Positions 10,048 through 20,272 of a stretch of 64,000 nucleotides of DNA are shown here, one piece after another. The notes beneath the pieces were generated by a model. The model saw nothing but the letters and a program-made list of their open reading frames with translations, was not told where the DNA came from and did not search any database. The DNA comes from Escherichia coli (lineage in GTDB: Bacteria; Pseudomonadota; Gammaproteobacteria; Enterobacterales; Enterobacteriaceae): the NCBI GenBank assembly GCA_020819635.1, contig GCA_020819635.1_4533.1. One strand, given 5' to 3'. Position numbers and translations under genes: made by a program. Every line of letters begins with the position of its first letter. Positions within the stretch are counted from its first letter, which is position 1.

Positions 10048-10926
10048 ATGAAAGGTATTATTTTGGCGGGAGGAAGTGGAACCCGCCTTCATCCGGTAAC
10101 ACGCAGTGTGAGCAAGCAATTGCTCCCTGTGTATGACAAACCCATGATCTACTACCCCTTATCGGTATTGATGTTGGCTGACATTAAGGATATCTTAATC
10201 ATCACCACACCAGGCGATCAGGAAGACTTTGAGCATCTTCTTGGAGATGGGTCTATGTTTGGGATAAAACTCACTTACGCAATCCAATCCGAGCCACGAG
10301 GTCTTGCGGACGCTTTCATCATCGGTAAAGATTTTATCGGAGAAGACTCTGTTGCTCTTATTTTAGGTGACAACCTATTCTTCGGACAAAGCTTTGGTAA
10401 ACTACTGATTAACGCTAGTGAGATGGTAGATGTTTGGGGCGGAGCTTGTATCTTCGGGTGTTTGGTGAAAGATCCTGAACGATTCGGTGTGGTTGAATTT
10501 GGGAGTAATCGTCAAGTTATTTCTATTGAAGAGAAACCTGAAAATCCTAAATCAGATTATGCTGTCACAGGTTTGTATTTCTATGATAACTCTGTTATTC
10601 AACGTGCATTAGAAGTAACCCCTTCCGCGCGTGGAGAACTGGAGATCACCGATATCAATCGCAGCTACCTCGAAGACAGGAAGTTACAAGTAGAAGTTCT
10701 CGGACGAGGATTTACTTGGCTTGACACAGGAACACACGCCAGTCTGATGGAAGCTGGTCAATTCGTGCAGACTATTGAGAACTGTCAAGGATTGAAGATT
10801 GCGTGCCTGGAAGAAATTGCTTTCAAAAAAGGGTGGATTTCTTTAGAGACTTTGGTCTACCATGGAAACTCACTGAAGAAAACAGAGTACGGGCAATACC
10901 TACTCAAATTAGCGGAGGGAAAATGA
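10048..10926 (+). CDS. rmlA: glucose-1-phosphate thymidylyltransferase
   Basis: [18 protein letters not shown] nucleotidyltransferase signature. Confidence 0.9.
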   Translation: MKGIILAGGSGTRLHPVTRSVSKQLLPVYDKPMIYYPLSVLMLADIKDILIITTPGDQEDFEHLLGDGSMFGIKLTYAIQSEPRGLADAFIIGKDFIGEDSVALILGDNLFFGQSFGKLLINASEMVDVWGGACIFGCLVKDPERFGVVEFGSNRQVISIEEKPENPKSDYAVTGLYFYDNSVIQRALEVTPSARGELEITDINRSYLEDRKLQVEVLGRGFTWLDTGTHASLMEAGQFVQTIENCQGLKIACLEEIAFKKGWISLETLVYHGNSLKKTEYGQYLLKLAEGK

Positions 10927-11489
10927 AAGTAGAAAAAACAAAAATTGAAGGTGCGGTAATTATCAAACCAGACGTTTATAAAGATGACCGTGGTTTCTTT
11001 TTAGAAACATATAATGAACAAAAATACGAAGATATCATTGGTAGACAAACTTTCGTTCAAGATAACATGTCTAAATCAAACTTCGGTGTTTTGCGAGGAA
11101 TGCACTTTCAAACAAATAATCCGCAAGGTAAGCTTGTTCGTTGTGTAAGTGGGGAAGTATTGGATTTCGCTGTAGACCTACGTAAAGATAGTCCTACTTA
11201 CGGTGCTTGGGACGGTGTTGTTCTTCGTGCACGACACCATACACAGTTCTGGCTTCCACCTGGTTTGGCACATGGTTTTATAGTGTTGAGTATGGATGCT
11301 ATCTTCGAATACAAATGCACAACTCCATACGACCCTTCCAGCGAACAAAGTTTACGTTGGGATGATCCTGATATAGGGATTGATTGGGGCTTCGATATGA
11401 TTTTTGACGAAGATTTTAAACCTATCTTATCAACAAAAGATGCAATGGCTAAGTCTTTTCAACAGCTACGTAGCGAGGGTGTATGCTAA
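10923..11489 (+). CDS. rmlC: dTDP-4-dehydrorhamnose 3,5-epimerase
   Basis: ATGA overlap with rmlA; cupin-type RmlC sequence (GMHFQ...); ORF-table start at 10803 is upstream extension. Confidence 0.85.
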   Translation: MKVEKTKIEGAVIIKPDVYKDDRGFFLETYNEQKYEDIIGRQTFVQDNMSKSNFGVLRGMHFQTNNPQGKLVRCVSGEVLDFAVDLRKDSPTYGAWDGVVLRARHHTQFWLPPGLAHGFIVLSMDAIFEYKCTTPYDPSSEQSLRWDDPDIGIDWGFDMIFDEDFKPILSTKDAMAKSFQQLRSEGVC

Positions 11490-12325
11490 CATATCTGGTA
11501 TTGGGTGGTAATGGACAACTGGGACAAGCTTTACGTAAAGTGGCTCCTTCAAATGTGTCTTTAATTTATCCTAAAGAACGTGTAGATATTACAAATTTTG
11601 AAGCTGTGCGAAACGCTATTATTGAAGATTATGTAGATGGTGTTATTAATTGCGCTGCTTATACGGCTGTAGATAAAGCAGAACATGATTTTGCTACTGC
11701 TTTGGCTGTTAATGCCTATGGCCCTGCAAATATTGCGGCAGTGTGCAGCAAACTTAAAATTGATTTTGTGCATATTTCTACAGACTATATTTTTAATTAT
11801 TCTCATCCTATTTTTGAAGATACTACACCTAACCCGATAAACAATTATGGGTATACGAAAGAACTCGGTGAAAAAATGGTGCGAGGAGTTAACCCGAACG
11901 CATATATTATTCGAACAGCGTCTGTATATAGTGAATTTGGAAATAACTTTCTAAAAACTATGTTGTCTCGCTATAATGATGGACAACGTGATTTTACTAT
12001 CGTTGCAGATCAGTTCTCTTGTCCAACATATGCCCCAGATTTAGCAGAAGCTATTTTTGAAGTATTAAAAACAGGTTGGTCAAGATCTGTAAAGACTTAC
12101 CATTTTGCAGGAAGCCATCTTATTTCTTGGGCGGAGTTTGCGGAAAAGATCTTGACACAGATGCCAGAACCTGTTAAGATATCGGCGGTATCAGCTTCAA
12201 CCTATAATGCTCCAGCAGCACGTCCGGTGAAGTCACAACTAGTAACCAGTCACTATCTTACAAAATCAGATTTAAATAAAGGTATTGAACGGTCTTTAGC
12301 AGTATTACTTAATAAGGAGAGGTAA
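11483..12325 (+). CDS. rmlD: dTDP-4-dehydrorhamnose reductase
   Basis: N-terminal LVLGGNGQLG Rossmann motif; position after rmlC. Confidence 0.85.
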   Translation: MLTYLVLGGNGQLGQALRKVAPSNVSLIYPKERVDITNFEAVRNAIIEDYVDGVINCAAYTAVDKAEHDFATALAVNAYGPANIAAVCSKLKIDFVHISTDYIFNYSHPIFEDTTPNPINNYGYTKELGEKMVRGVNPNAYIIRTASVYSEFGNNFLKTMLSRYNDGQRDFTIVADQFSCPTYAPDLAEAIFEVLKTGWSRSVKTYHFAGSHLISWAEFAEKILTQMPEPVKISAVSASTYNAPAARPVKSQLVTSHYLTKSDLNKGIERSLAVLLNKER

Positions 12326-12585
12326 TGGAATTTGTAATTTTTGGTAAACCTAACTGTCAATTTTGCGAAATGTCAAAACAACTATTAACCATGCGCAATA
12401 AACAGTTTGAATATTTAAGTCTTGACCAAGACTACGATTTAGAATCAATGACTAAAACAGTTGTTGATCTTACCGGAGTTCCTCCACGCACATTTCCACA
12501 AATTTTGTCTGAAGTGAACGGGGAGGTAACATACGTAGGCGGTTTTACCGAACTGCGTGATCTCATGGCTCAAATTGCGGAGTAA
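12325..12585 (+). CDS. glutaredoxin/NrdH-like redoxin
   Basis: 86 aa with CQFC active site; context next to RNR genes. Confidence 0.65.
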   Translation: MEFVIFGKPNCQFCEMSKQLLTMRNKQFEYLSLDQDYDLESMTKTVVDLTGVPPRTFPQILSEVNGEVTYVGGFTELRDLMAQIAE

Positions 12586-12747
12586 CAATTATGAAAAGTA
12601 AACAGAAACGTAAGATCTTTTCTCGTGCTTTGGCAAATGAGCTGAAGTCCAACATAAAGAAAACGAAACCAAAACGTGAAACTTCTCCAGAACATCTGTT
12701 GTTTAATGAGTTGGATCACGGAGTAGGAGACGACGAATAGGAAGTAA

Positions 12748-13248
12748 ATGGCTAAAGTAGTAGATGAGTTTGATATGCTACGAGTCGATGAAGGACTGAA
12801 GCTTACTGTTTATCAAGACCATCTTGGTTATTGGACAGTCGGCATAGGACACCTTCTGACTAAAATAAAAGATAAAGCAAAGGCTATTCAAATCTTAGAT
12901 ACTCTTCTTGGTCGTAAGACTAATGGAGTTATCACAGAAAAAGAAGCCCGTCAAATCTTTGCTGACGATGTTGCAAAAGTGAAGAGAGACATAAAAAACA
13001 GTACTATCTTATCACCAATCTATGATAAGGTTAGTGATACTCGTAAATTGGGAATAATCAACATGGTTTTCCAGTTGGGGTTAAAAGGTGCTGAAGGGTT
13101 TCAAAATAGCTTGACTTTAATCAGCAATGCATATTATACTCAAGCAGGTAAAAACATGCGTAAAAGCCGATGGTATAGCCAGACGCCAAACCGTGCTGAA
13201 CGAGTAATTAAAGTTCTGACTTCTGGAACTTTAGATGCTTACAACTAA
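12748..13248 (+). CDS. T4-type lysozyme (glycoside hydrolase family 24 endolysin)
   Basis: EFDMLRVDEGLKLTVYQDHLGYWTVGIGHLL closely matches the T4 e lysozyme N-terminus. Confidence 0.85.
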   Translation: MAKVVDEFDMLRVDEGLKLTVYQDHLGYWTVGIGHLLTKIKDKAKAIQILDTLLGRKTNGVITEKEARQIFADDVAKVKRDIKNSTILSPIYDKVSDTRKLGIINMVFQLGLKGAEGFQNSLTLISNAYYTQAGKNMRKSRWYSQTPNRAERVIKVLTSGTLDAYN

Positions 13249-13252
13249 TAAA

Positions 13253-13270
13253 GGGGCTTCGGCCCCTTCT
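13253..13270 (+). terminator. intrinsic terminator with UUCG tetraloop
   Basis: GGGGC-TTCG-GCCCC then TTCT. Confidence 0.5.
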
Positions 13271-13285
13271 AAAAGGAGTGCTACT

Positions 13286-14044
13286 ATGGGAAATAAAACC
13301 GCAGCTAAAACACAACGGCAGAAACTGGCTAATTCAGCAAAGATTGAAAGCCGTTATGCAGCAAAAGCGGTAGGTAATGACGATTACCGTTTAGATGAAT
13401 TTATGCCTGAAGGGGACCAAAATAAGATTGTTCAAAGCATGATTTGGAATGATCTGACTGTTGTAAATGCTCCGGCAGGGACTGGTAAAACCTCTGTTGC
13501 TTTATGGAAAGCTTTGCAGATGCTTCGTTCAGGAGACTTCCGTAAACTACTTTTTATCAAGAACCCTACTGAAGTCGGAGATGACCAGATTGGTTTCTTG
13601 TCTGGGGATAAAACAGATAAACTAGCAGCACACTATGAATCTACAAAACGTATTTTCCAGCAATTCATGACAGCCAACAAATTGGAAAACGATATTGGAT
13701 CAGGTAAGATCGAATTGAATATTCCTAACTATTTGTTGGGGGCTACCCTGGATAATACAATCGTCATTATTGACGAAGCACAACTTATGTCAACAGAAAC
13801 ACTTAAACTTCTTATTGAACGTGCAGGTATTAATACGCATGTTATTGTATTAGGCGATGTTCGCCAGACATATGCAATTAAAAAACGTAGCAATGGTCTG
13901 CATCAAATTTTGGAACTTTTATATCCAGAAAATGAAGAAGGTGTTCGTGAGCCAATTGTAGATTTTATTGGATACGTTGAACTGACAACGGACGATAATA
14001 AACGTGGACGTTTGTCTAAACTGATTACTGAAGTGTTTATTTAA
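13286..14044 (+). CDS. phoH: PhoH-like ATPase
   Basis: Walker A NAPAGTGKTS and IIDEAQLMS; start set at ATG after AAAAGGAG. Confidence 0.85.
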   Translation: MGNKTAAKTQRQKLANSAKIESRYAAKAVGNDDYRLDEFMPEGDQNKIVQSMIWNDLTVVNAPAGTGKTSVALWKALQMLRSGDFRKLLFIKNPTEVGDDQIGFLSGDKTDKLAAHYESTKRIFQQFMTANKLENDIGSGKIELNIPNYLLGATLDNTIVIIDEAQLMSTETLKLLIERAGINTHVIVLGDVRQTYAIKKRSNGLHQILELLYPENEEGVREPIVDFIGYVELTTDDNKRGRLSKLITEVFI

Positions 14045-14076
14045 TAATGTGGCAGGGAAGCCATTTATAAGGAGGA

Positions 14077-14580
14077 TTGATGGGTGTAGCAACAATAGCT
14101 ATCGGAAGAAGCGGTATAGATGAGTGCTATCAAACGGGACTCGTAAAACCTAACGAATTTCGTCAAATTTGTGTAAACCATATTGAAAAAGAGATTGCTC
14201 TTACTTTAGAGAATATGACCCTCCGAGATAAACTGGAAATGTTTAAATGTTGGTGTCTAGGAGAAGATTGGCTTTTAAACCATTTTCAAGAACTTTCTGA
14301 TAGTAAAGAAAGCTTGTTTGATTGTATAATAGGAATAGCTGGCTCCGATCCTAGCCTTCTGCACATAACAGAAGAAGAGGCGAAGTTACTGTTCTTAAGT
14401 AATTTGTTTAATAAGAAAGCACTGCTTGTTCGTGATTGTAGTGATCTTCTTAATAACCCGCTCGCAACGTCTGATCAAATTTTTGTTGACAAAGAGACAC
14501 TACGTGCGATAGAATACATCTGCAAATATGTGAATGGCGGGAAAGCGGTTCTTAAAACATTAACAGAGGAGGAAGAATAG
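14077..14580 (+). CDS. hypothetical protein
   Basis: 167-aa ORF. Confidence 0.5.
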   Translation: MMGVATIAIGRSGIDECYQTGLVKPNEFRQICVNHIEKEIALTLENMTLRDKLEMFKCWCLGEDWLLNHFQELSDSKESLFDCIIGIAGSDPSLLHITEEEAKLLFLSNLFNKKALLVRDCSDLLNNPLATSDQIFVDKETLRAIEYICKYVNGGKAVLKTLTEEEE

Positions 14581-15272
14581 TGACGACAATTATTGCAACC
14601 AAAAATAAGATTTTGAGTGACGGTAAGGTAACTTTTGGTGGACGTGTAGATTCTATTAATTTCAAAAAGGTCCGAAAAATTGGAGATTACCTTGTAGGTG
14701 GTGCTGGTCGTCTGACCTCCGTGCTTTCTTTCTTTCAATGGTTTGAACAAAATCTACAGTGCGAAGCAGCACGTGATGCTGTCCCTGGTTTGATGATTCA
14801 CTCTGATCCAGATAAAGAAGATGAAGAGTTTATTGCACTTGTTGTTCATCCAGACGGACGTATTTTCCTGCACGAAGGTAATAACCCAACACGTGCATAT
14901 CCGATTGATGAAGAATATTATGCGGTAGGAAGCGGGTCAGACTTTGCTTTAGCTGCTCTTGATGCAGGGGCAACACCAGAACAGGCTATGGAAGTAGCTA
15001 AAAAGCGAGATGCTTTTTCTGGTGGTGAAACATTTATTGAAGAACAAGACGAGATTATTGAATTAACAGATGATGATTTAGAAAACTTCTCCAAAGAAGA
15101 ATTGATCAATCTTTTGAAATTCGGTAATCCCTACGGTGAAGAAGAACCTCGTAACGTGGCAGGTAACGAGGCGGATACTGAAGAAAAATCTGTTGCAGAA
15201 AACAACTTGACTTCTAAATCTGAAAATATTAATCTCGTAAATGTGGCGGATTTCGAAGGAACCGCTATTTAA
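14580..15272 (+). CDS. HslV-like N-terminal-nucleophile peptidase with acidic C-terminal extension
   Basis: GTG start; TTIIATKNK after Met (Thr1 nucleophile), KKVRKI (Lys33 equivalent), AVGSGSDFALAA as in HslV. Confidence 0.6.
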   Translation: MTTIIATKNKILSDGKVTFGGRVDSINFKKVRKIGDYLVGGAGRLTSVLSFFQWFEQNLQCEAARDAVPGLMIHSDPDKEDEEFIALVVHPDGRIFLHEGNNPTRAYPIDEEYYAVGSGSDFALAALDAGATPEQAMEVAKKRDAFSGGETFIEEQDEIIELTDDDLENFSKEELINLLKFGNPYGEEEPRNVAGNEADTEEKSVAENNLTSKSENINLVNVADFEGTAI

Positions 15273-15277
15273 CAAAC

Positions 15278-15299
15278 TGCCCCTTCGGGGGCATTTCTT
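15278..15299 (+). terminator. intrinsic terminator
   Basis: TGCCCC-TTCG-GGGGCA followed by TTTCTT. Confidence 0.55.
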
Positions 15300-15317
15300 A
15301 AACATAGGAGATTAATA

Positions 15318-15752
15318 ATGTTACAAGTTCCTGCTAAGTTTGTTGAAGGCGCTATCCACTCTTACCGTCAAACATGTAAGAGGGCAAGAAACTGTTTAGA
15401 TGGTCTGGTGGCAAAAACCTATACTGTTGAAAAGAAGAAACGTTGGTTTGGCAAAGATGTTTACGAAGTTAATATTTTTGGTGAACATAAACTAAACCAC
15501 GATACTCCTGAAAACATGTTAGAAATATTTCTAAGAGATGACAAAATATCTCCTATGGATTACCAACTTTTAAAATTTTATGATTCTTCTTTGGCTATTG
15601 ATAAGTTTGTTGAAGATATTCTGTCTAGAAAAACAGATAAAAACACTTATCCTCTAGAGGCTGATCAAATAGGATTATTAAACGAGATTTCATCCTTTAA
15701 AGAGTTGGATAATATTACAAAAGAGGAGATTTTAGATGGCATTAGATTATGA
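15318..15752 (+). CDS. hypothetical protein
   Basis: 144-aa ORF. Confidence 0.5.
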   Translation: MLQVPAKFVEGAIHSYRQTCKRARNCLDGLVAKTYTVEKKKRWFGKDVYEVNIFGEHKLNHDTPENMLEIFLRDDKISPMDYQLLKFYDSSLAIDKFVEDILSRKTDKNTYPLEADQIGLLNEISSFKELDNITKEEILDGIRL

Positions 15753-16245
15753 TCGCCCAACGAGCGATTATTATCCGACACCGCAAAAAGCAATCAATAG
15801 TTTGTTTAGTGTTATAGATTTCAAAAATCTAAAGGAAGAAGGTTGGGTTTTTGCAGAACCTTGCAGAGGTGAAGCTGAAGCGATTTATCGCCATTTTCCT
15901 GAAGGTTCAGAATATTGCGAACTTGAAGAAGGTAAAGATTATTTTAGTCATGAATGGGAAAATCGTCCCGACATTATAATCACAAATCCTCCATTTAAGT
16001 TAGCAATGGAGTTCTTGGAAAAGAGCTTAAAAGAGGCGGATGTTTGTATTTATCTTCTTCGGTTGGGCTTCTTGGAGTCAAAGAAACGACGAGAGTTCCA
16101 TCAAAAGAATCCACCAACAAACCTTATAGTCCTTTCAGAACGGCCTTCGTTTGTTGCAGGTGGAACAGATAAGACAGCATACGCTTGGTATGTATACGAC
16201 CCAAAGAATCGTTTGGGCCTCTCTCAACCATTTTATTTTGTTTAA
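15736..16245 (+). CDS. putative SAM-dependent methyltransferase, N6-adenine MTase-like, minimal size
   Basis: motif I-like FAEPCRGEAEA followed by motif IV IITNPPF; only 169 aa. Confidence 0.4.
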   Translation: MALDYDRPTSDYYPTPQKAINSLFSVIDFKNLKEEGWVFAEPCRGEAEAIYRHFPEGSEYCELEEGKDYFSHEWENRPDIIITNPPFKLAMEFLEKSLKEADVCIYLLRLGFLESKKRREFHQKNPPTNLIVLSERPSFVAGGTDKTAYAWYVYDPKNRLGLSQPFYFV

Positions 16246-16257
16246 GGAGTGTGAACT

Positions 16258-16494
16258 ATGGGTAAACTAATTATGACAGTGGCTATTGATTTTGATGAAG
16301 TAGATGAAAGCCTCAACCTTTCACTTTCTACTGACGTAGATGGCGAAATGGATAATATTGAAGCAGCTACTGCTCTTTTCTTCAAAAAAGCCATTGAAGT
16401 TTATGCCGAACATGCTGCAAATCAGGCAGTAGATTACGGTGGTATCGTGCGAGCTTTAGTTCACTCTACCGAGGGCAATGACTGGGAAGATTAA
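16258..16494 (+). CDS. hypothetical acidic protein
   Basis: 78-aa ORF. Confidence 0.4.
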   Translation: MGKLIMTVAIDFDEVDESLNLSLSTDVDGEMDNIEAATALFFKKAIEVYAEHAANQAVDYGGIVRALVHSTEGNDWED

Positions 16495-16697
16495 TGGCTT
16501 ACAATTATTACTGCATTTATGCACATGAAAAGAAAAAAGGTGACACTGGGACTAACGTTTATGCAGAGTCCGAATCTCATGCAAAAGAGATTGGTGCTAT
16601 CCTTTTATCACGTTGGACTGGAAATAATTACAGTGCAGAAGATATGTTTGCAGAAGTGGATTCTAGTATCCAAGAAGACAACATAACAACTACGTGA
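16494..16697 (+). CDS. hypothetical protein
   Basis: 67-aa ORF. Confidence 0.4.
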   Translation: MAYNYYCIYAHEKKKGDTGTNVYAESESHAKEIGAILLSRWTGNNYSAEDMFAEVDSSIQEDNITTT

Positions 16698-16705
16698 TAT
16701 ACTTA

Positions 16706-16733
16706 TACTCCCTTTTCGGAGGGAGTATTTTAA
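16706..16733 (+). terminator. intrinsic terminator
   Basis: ACTCCC...GGGAGT hairpin followed by ATTTT. Confidence 0.5.
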
Positions 16734-16742
16734 GGAGGGATT

Positions 16743-16937
16743 ATGCAGAGCGGAGAAGAACTTTTAGAGAAACAATTCTCAACGCGTCAACAAGCTTTAA
16801 GTTACATGGTTTTTCTAAGCAATCTTGATGTGAATGAGATACTTTTACGGCGCGAAGGTAATTTCTGGAGCGTTAAATATCATGCAACAAGGTCTGTAAT
16901 CTACCTGGAAGAGGCGGAATTCTCTTTGGTAGAATGA
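16743..16937 (+). CDS. hypothetical protein
   Basis: 64-aa ORF after GGAGGGA RBS. Confidence 0.4.
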   Translation: MQSGEELLEKQFSTRQQALSYMVFLSNLDVNEILLRREGNFWSVKYHATRSVIYLEEAEFSLVE

Positions 16938-16951
16938 TCCGAGGAGTAGTT

Positions 16952-17524
16952 ATGCGTTCAACTTTCACTGGCAAAATAAATGCTGGTTTGATTTTTACAG
17001 CAGTAAGCATTCTTAGCAAAAAGTTTAAAGTTGTTAACTTACCTGTGTGTGTCGATTTCGATCATGTTTTTGATCCTTCGAACCCCACTCGTTGCATAGT
17101 AAGGAGTAATGTTGAAAACCCAACAGAAAATCTTTTTTATGTAACAAAACCATCTCAAAGCATACTTAACCAGGTTGAGGCGAAATTGATACCTAACGGT
17201 AAATATTACTCCTTTTTACCTTGTAAGTCGGTTGAAGTAGAGAATAGCAATACTTTCGCTAATAACTTGTCTGTATTCGTTTTCTTTGTTTCACAGGAAG
17301 ACGAAACAGATGAAATGGTAGCAACAGTGAGATCACTTTATGACTCTTTAGGGGTTGTTTATAGTCAACAGGTGTGCGAAAATAATAAATCCTGTGTAGA
17401 TTTCATTATCAACGGTATTTGTGTTTGTAGAGTAGAATCTTTTTGGCTGCACGATACATATGTGACTGTAGCAGAGGTTATATCTGAACCAAGATTTAGT
17501 CATGCGGTTTCGTTAATAATTTGA
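16952..17524 (+). CDS. hypothetical protein
   Basis: ORF from MRSTFTG after GAGGAG RBS. Confidence 0.45.
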   Translation: MRSTFTGKINAGLIFTAVSILSKKFKVVNLPVCVDFDHVFDPSNPTRCIVRSNVENPTENLFYVTKPSQSILNQVEAKLIPNGKYYSFLPCKSVEVENSNTFANNLSVFVFFVSQEDETDEMVATVRSLYDSLGVVYSQQVCENNKSCVDFIINGICVCRVESFWLHDTYVTVAEVISEPRFSHAVSLII

Positions 17525-17534
17525 GGAGGAAGGA

Positions 17535-17864
17535 ATGGAAATTACTACAGAACAAGCCCTTATCGACGAGGGTCGTAAAATCTTAGAAAAGTATTTAGGG
17601 GAGATTCATAAAACCCCTGGCTATTTGGGTTGGAGAATTGTTGAAGCTGTAGATTTCCTTCCTCGTAACAGTAAAAGCGTCGAAATGCGATCTCTTTTCT
17701 TATTAGTAAAGGTGGATGGGGATACACCTTTTAAAGATGCCGCAGAACATATTGAAAAAGTTGAAGAGAAAGCTTATGCAGAATTTGCCGATCTTGTTTT
17801 AGAACAAGAGATTGAAGGAAAGGTGAATATTTTTATTTTCTTAGATTTTGAGGAGGATAAGTGA
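17535..17864 (+). CDS. hypothetical protein
   Basis: 109-aa ORF. Confidence 0.45.
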   Translation: MEITTEQALIDEGRKILEKYLGEIHKTPGYLGWRIVEAVDFLPRNSKSVEMRSLFLLVKVDGDTPFKDAAEHIEKVEEKAYAEFADLVLEQEIEGKVNIFIFLDFEEDK

Positions 17865-18604
17865 TCATACACAGAGAAATTACTGTTAAAAGCGATCAAG
17901 ATCTTTTTATAATTGGAGATCTACACGGTTGTTATAATTTGTATGAAAAAGGAAAGGCAAAGTTAGGTATCCGAGATACAGATGTGGTTGTATCTCTAGG
18001 AGATCTTACTGACCGTGGAAAGCAAAACTTTCGTTGTGTTTTAGAATTTACTCGTAAACACAATCGCTACGCTATTCGTGGCAATCATGAAGACATGATG
18101 ATTAAAGGTATGCTGGAAGGAGATCGTAGCTACTACGAGTGTTGGTATCAAAATGGAGGATATACGGTCTTTGAAGAATGTGGTGAAGAAGGAGCTACAG
18201 CCTTAGCAATGATGACAGAAGATTTACCTGTTGTTCTCATTGTTAACTACAGAGGCATGAAACTTGCGTTTATTCATGGTGGGTATCCATCTTCTTTGGA
18301 ATATCTCCCTGTAACAGATATTCCAGAATACATTTCGAAGATGACAAAAACACAGGAAAACCGTTTTGCTGAAGCACTTATGTGGGACAGAGATATGGTA
18401 GACTGTGCTAAAGAGGGAATGAAACTTCCTGTTGTGATGGGTGTGGATTATGTGTTTCATGGACACTCTTATGTAAAAACACCTATTATCAATGCGAATC
18501 GTGTTTATATGGATACTGGATCTGTGTTCAATAATAACTTAACATTTGCTTATTTCGATATGGACGGTGGTCTTCAATTTTATTCAACTCTTGAGGAGGA
18601 TTAA
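17861..18604 (+). CDS. Ser/Thr protein phosphatase (calcineurin-like metallophosphoesterase)
   Basis: GDLHG and GNHE metal-binding motifs; GTG start. Confidence 0.75.
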   Translation: MIIHREITVKSDQDLFIIGDLHGCYNLYEKGKAKLGIRDTDVVVSLGDLTDRGKQNFRCVLEFTRKHNRYAIRGNHEDMMIKGMLEGDRSYYECWYQNGGYTVFEECGEEGATALAMMTEDLPVVLIVNYRGMKLAFIHGGYPSSLEYLPVTDIPEYISKMTKTQENRFAEALMWDRDMVDCAKEGMKLPVVMGVDYVFHGHSYVKTPIINANRVYMDTGSVFNNNLTFAYFDMDGGLQFYSTLEED

Positions 18605-18912
18605 TGTATAAGATTACAATTATTCAAAGTGTAGGTAATATCCGTAAAGAAGTTATCTTAGAAACAGAAGATGTTAATCTTGTTCGTGAGATTGTTCTTA
18701 AGGAAGATAACCTGCAAGCTGTAGAATCAGATGCACCGAATCTTATGGTGGATCAAGAATATTCTGAACTTCGTCGTATTTTTGAAGAGATTCAGAAGAA
18801 AGAAACACAACCGACCATAAAACCTTTTGGTCCTTATGATCCGAGCAATCCTAGCAGTCCTTGGATCATGAGAAATACGGAACCGTATACACCTTTTGAA
18901 ATTACTTGTTGA
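18604..18912 (+). CDS. hypothetical protein
   Basis: 102-aa ORF. Confidence 0.45.
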   Translation: MYKITIIQSVGNIRKEVILETEDVNLVREIVLKEDNLQAVESDAPNLMVDQEYSELRRIFEEIQKKETQPTIKPFGPYDPSNPSSPWIMRNTEPYTPFEITC

Positions 18913-18919
18913 GGTGATT

Positions 18920-19501
18920 ATGGCAGAACTGTTCTATACGGGAGTTGGAAGTAGAGACATATCCGAAGAAGAGTGGGCTTTGATGGTAGGCATAGGGAAA
19001 TGGCTTTCAAACCTTGGGTTTAAATTAAGGTCTGGGAAGGCAGAGGGTAGTGATTCTGCTTTTGAAACAGGTGTCCAAGAGTCTGAAAATCCTACTAACA
19101 AGGAGATTTATGTTCCTTGGGAAAATTTCAAAGGTAATCAGATTCCAGGGGATGTTATTGTTCTTGCAAAACCAGATACAATGAACTATGCTATCTCTGT
19201 GCAATGGATCAAAGATGTTCACCCAGCCTATGAAAAGCTTAAGCAGGGTGCTAGAAAATTGCACCAACGTAATGTGCATCAAGTGTTAGGTAGAGATTTG
19301 GAGAATCCTGCTCCATCATGTTTCTTGTTGGCTTGTGCTAATACTGATAAACATGGAGATGCAAAAGGTGGAACAGCTACGGCTTGGAAGATAGCTAAAG
19401 CCAATAATGTTCCTTGTTTAAACATTCGTGGGAAAACAAAACAAGAGATTTACGATTTTCTACGACCTTTGGTAATGAGGGCAATAACAAGTGATTCCTA
19501 A
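18920..19501 (+). CDS. hypothetical protein
   Basis: ORF from MAELFYTG after GAGGTGA RBS. Confidence 0.45.
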   Translation: MAELFYTGVGSRDISEEEWALMVGIGKWLSNLGFKLRSGKAEGSDSAFETGVQESENPTNKEIYVPWENFKGNQIPGDVIVLAKPDTMNYAISVQWIKDVHPAYEKLKQGARKLHQRNVHQVLGRDLENPAPSCFLLACANTDKHGDAKGGTATAWKIAKANNVPCLNIRGKTKQEIYDFLRPLVMRAITSDS

Positions 19502-20003
19502 ACGTAAACGTGGTGAACAAAGAACAAACTTGGCAGAAATCTTAGATTACAACATGGTTAATGATGTGACAAAAGAAATTCTGCCTGTTGTAGAAGATAT
19601 TCTTCAAAGAGGGTTACGATTCTGCTCGGATCGGGTGCATTTCATGTGGACACATAAAAGTGACTCCGCTTTGAATTTCTATCCTTTGGATTATACTCTG
19701 AACAATACAGAGATGAAAGATATCAACAAATACTTAATGGGATATAAAGATATAACCGAAACCGTTCTTGGAGAATTGGCAGAAATCTTGGCTAACGATA
19801 TCCTTAGAAATATTAATAAGGCTCTTGACAGAAGCCCAGCAGGAGTAGTAGTATCTTTTGCTGTGCCAGATATGGTTAAATATGAGTCTACAATACCTAA
19901 TAAAGCTTATGCCTTTCTTCGGAGAGACGTTCGTGGAAATGTGTTGGAGATGGAGTCAAACTACAAGATTGAGGAGGTTTTATGGCAGAGTTCAGATCAG
20001 TAA
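19491..20003 (+). CDS. hypothetical protein
   Basis: 170-aa ORF, GTG start. Confidence 0.45.
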   Translation: MIPKRKRGEQRTNLAEILDYNMVNDVTKEILPVVEDILQRGLRFCSDRVHFMWTHKSDSALNFYPLDYTLNNTEMKDINKYLMGYKDITETVLGELAEILANDILRNINKALDRSPAGVVVSFAVPDMVKYESTIPNKAYAFLRRDVRGNVLEMESNYKIEEVLWQSSDQ

Positions 20004-20272
20004 CAAGTTTTGAAAGTAACTTCGTTACCGCTTGGGAAGCTTGGGATGAAATGGGTGTTGGGGAACTTTATTTTTACAATGTAACACTACGTCCAGAGTA
20101 TGCTTACCTGGTACCAGAAGGAACAGTTCAAATTGGCATGTATCTGTCTTCTCAAGACGGTGTTGTTCAATTTGAGTTTTATTCAAACACAACGGACAAC
20201 GAATTTACATATCGTGCATTTCATGTCAACATGTCTTTAGGAGAGGAGAAATTTTATGACGACCAAGTTTAA
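19982..20272 (+). CDS. hypothetical protein
   Basis: 96-aa ORF. Confidence 0.4.
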   Translation: MAEFRSVTSFESNFVTAWEAWDEMGVGELYFYNVTLRPEYAYLVPEGTVQIGMYLSSQDGVVQFEFYSNTTDNEFTYRAFHVNMSLGEEKFYDDQV

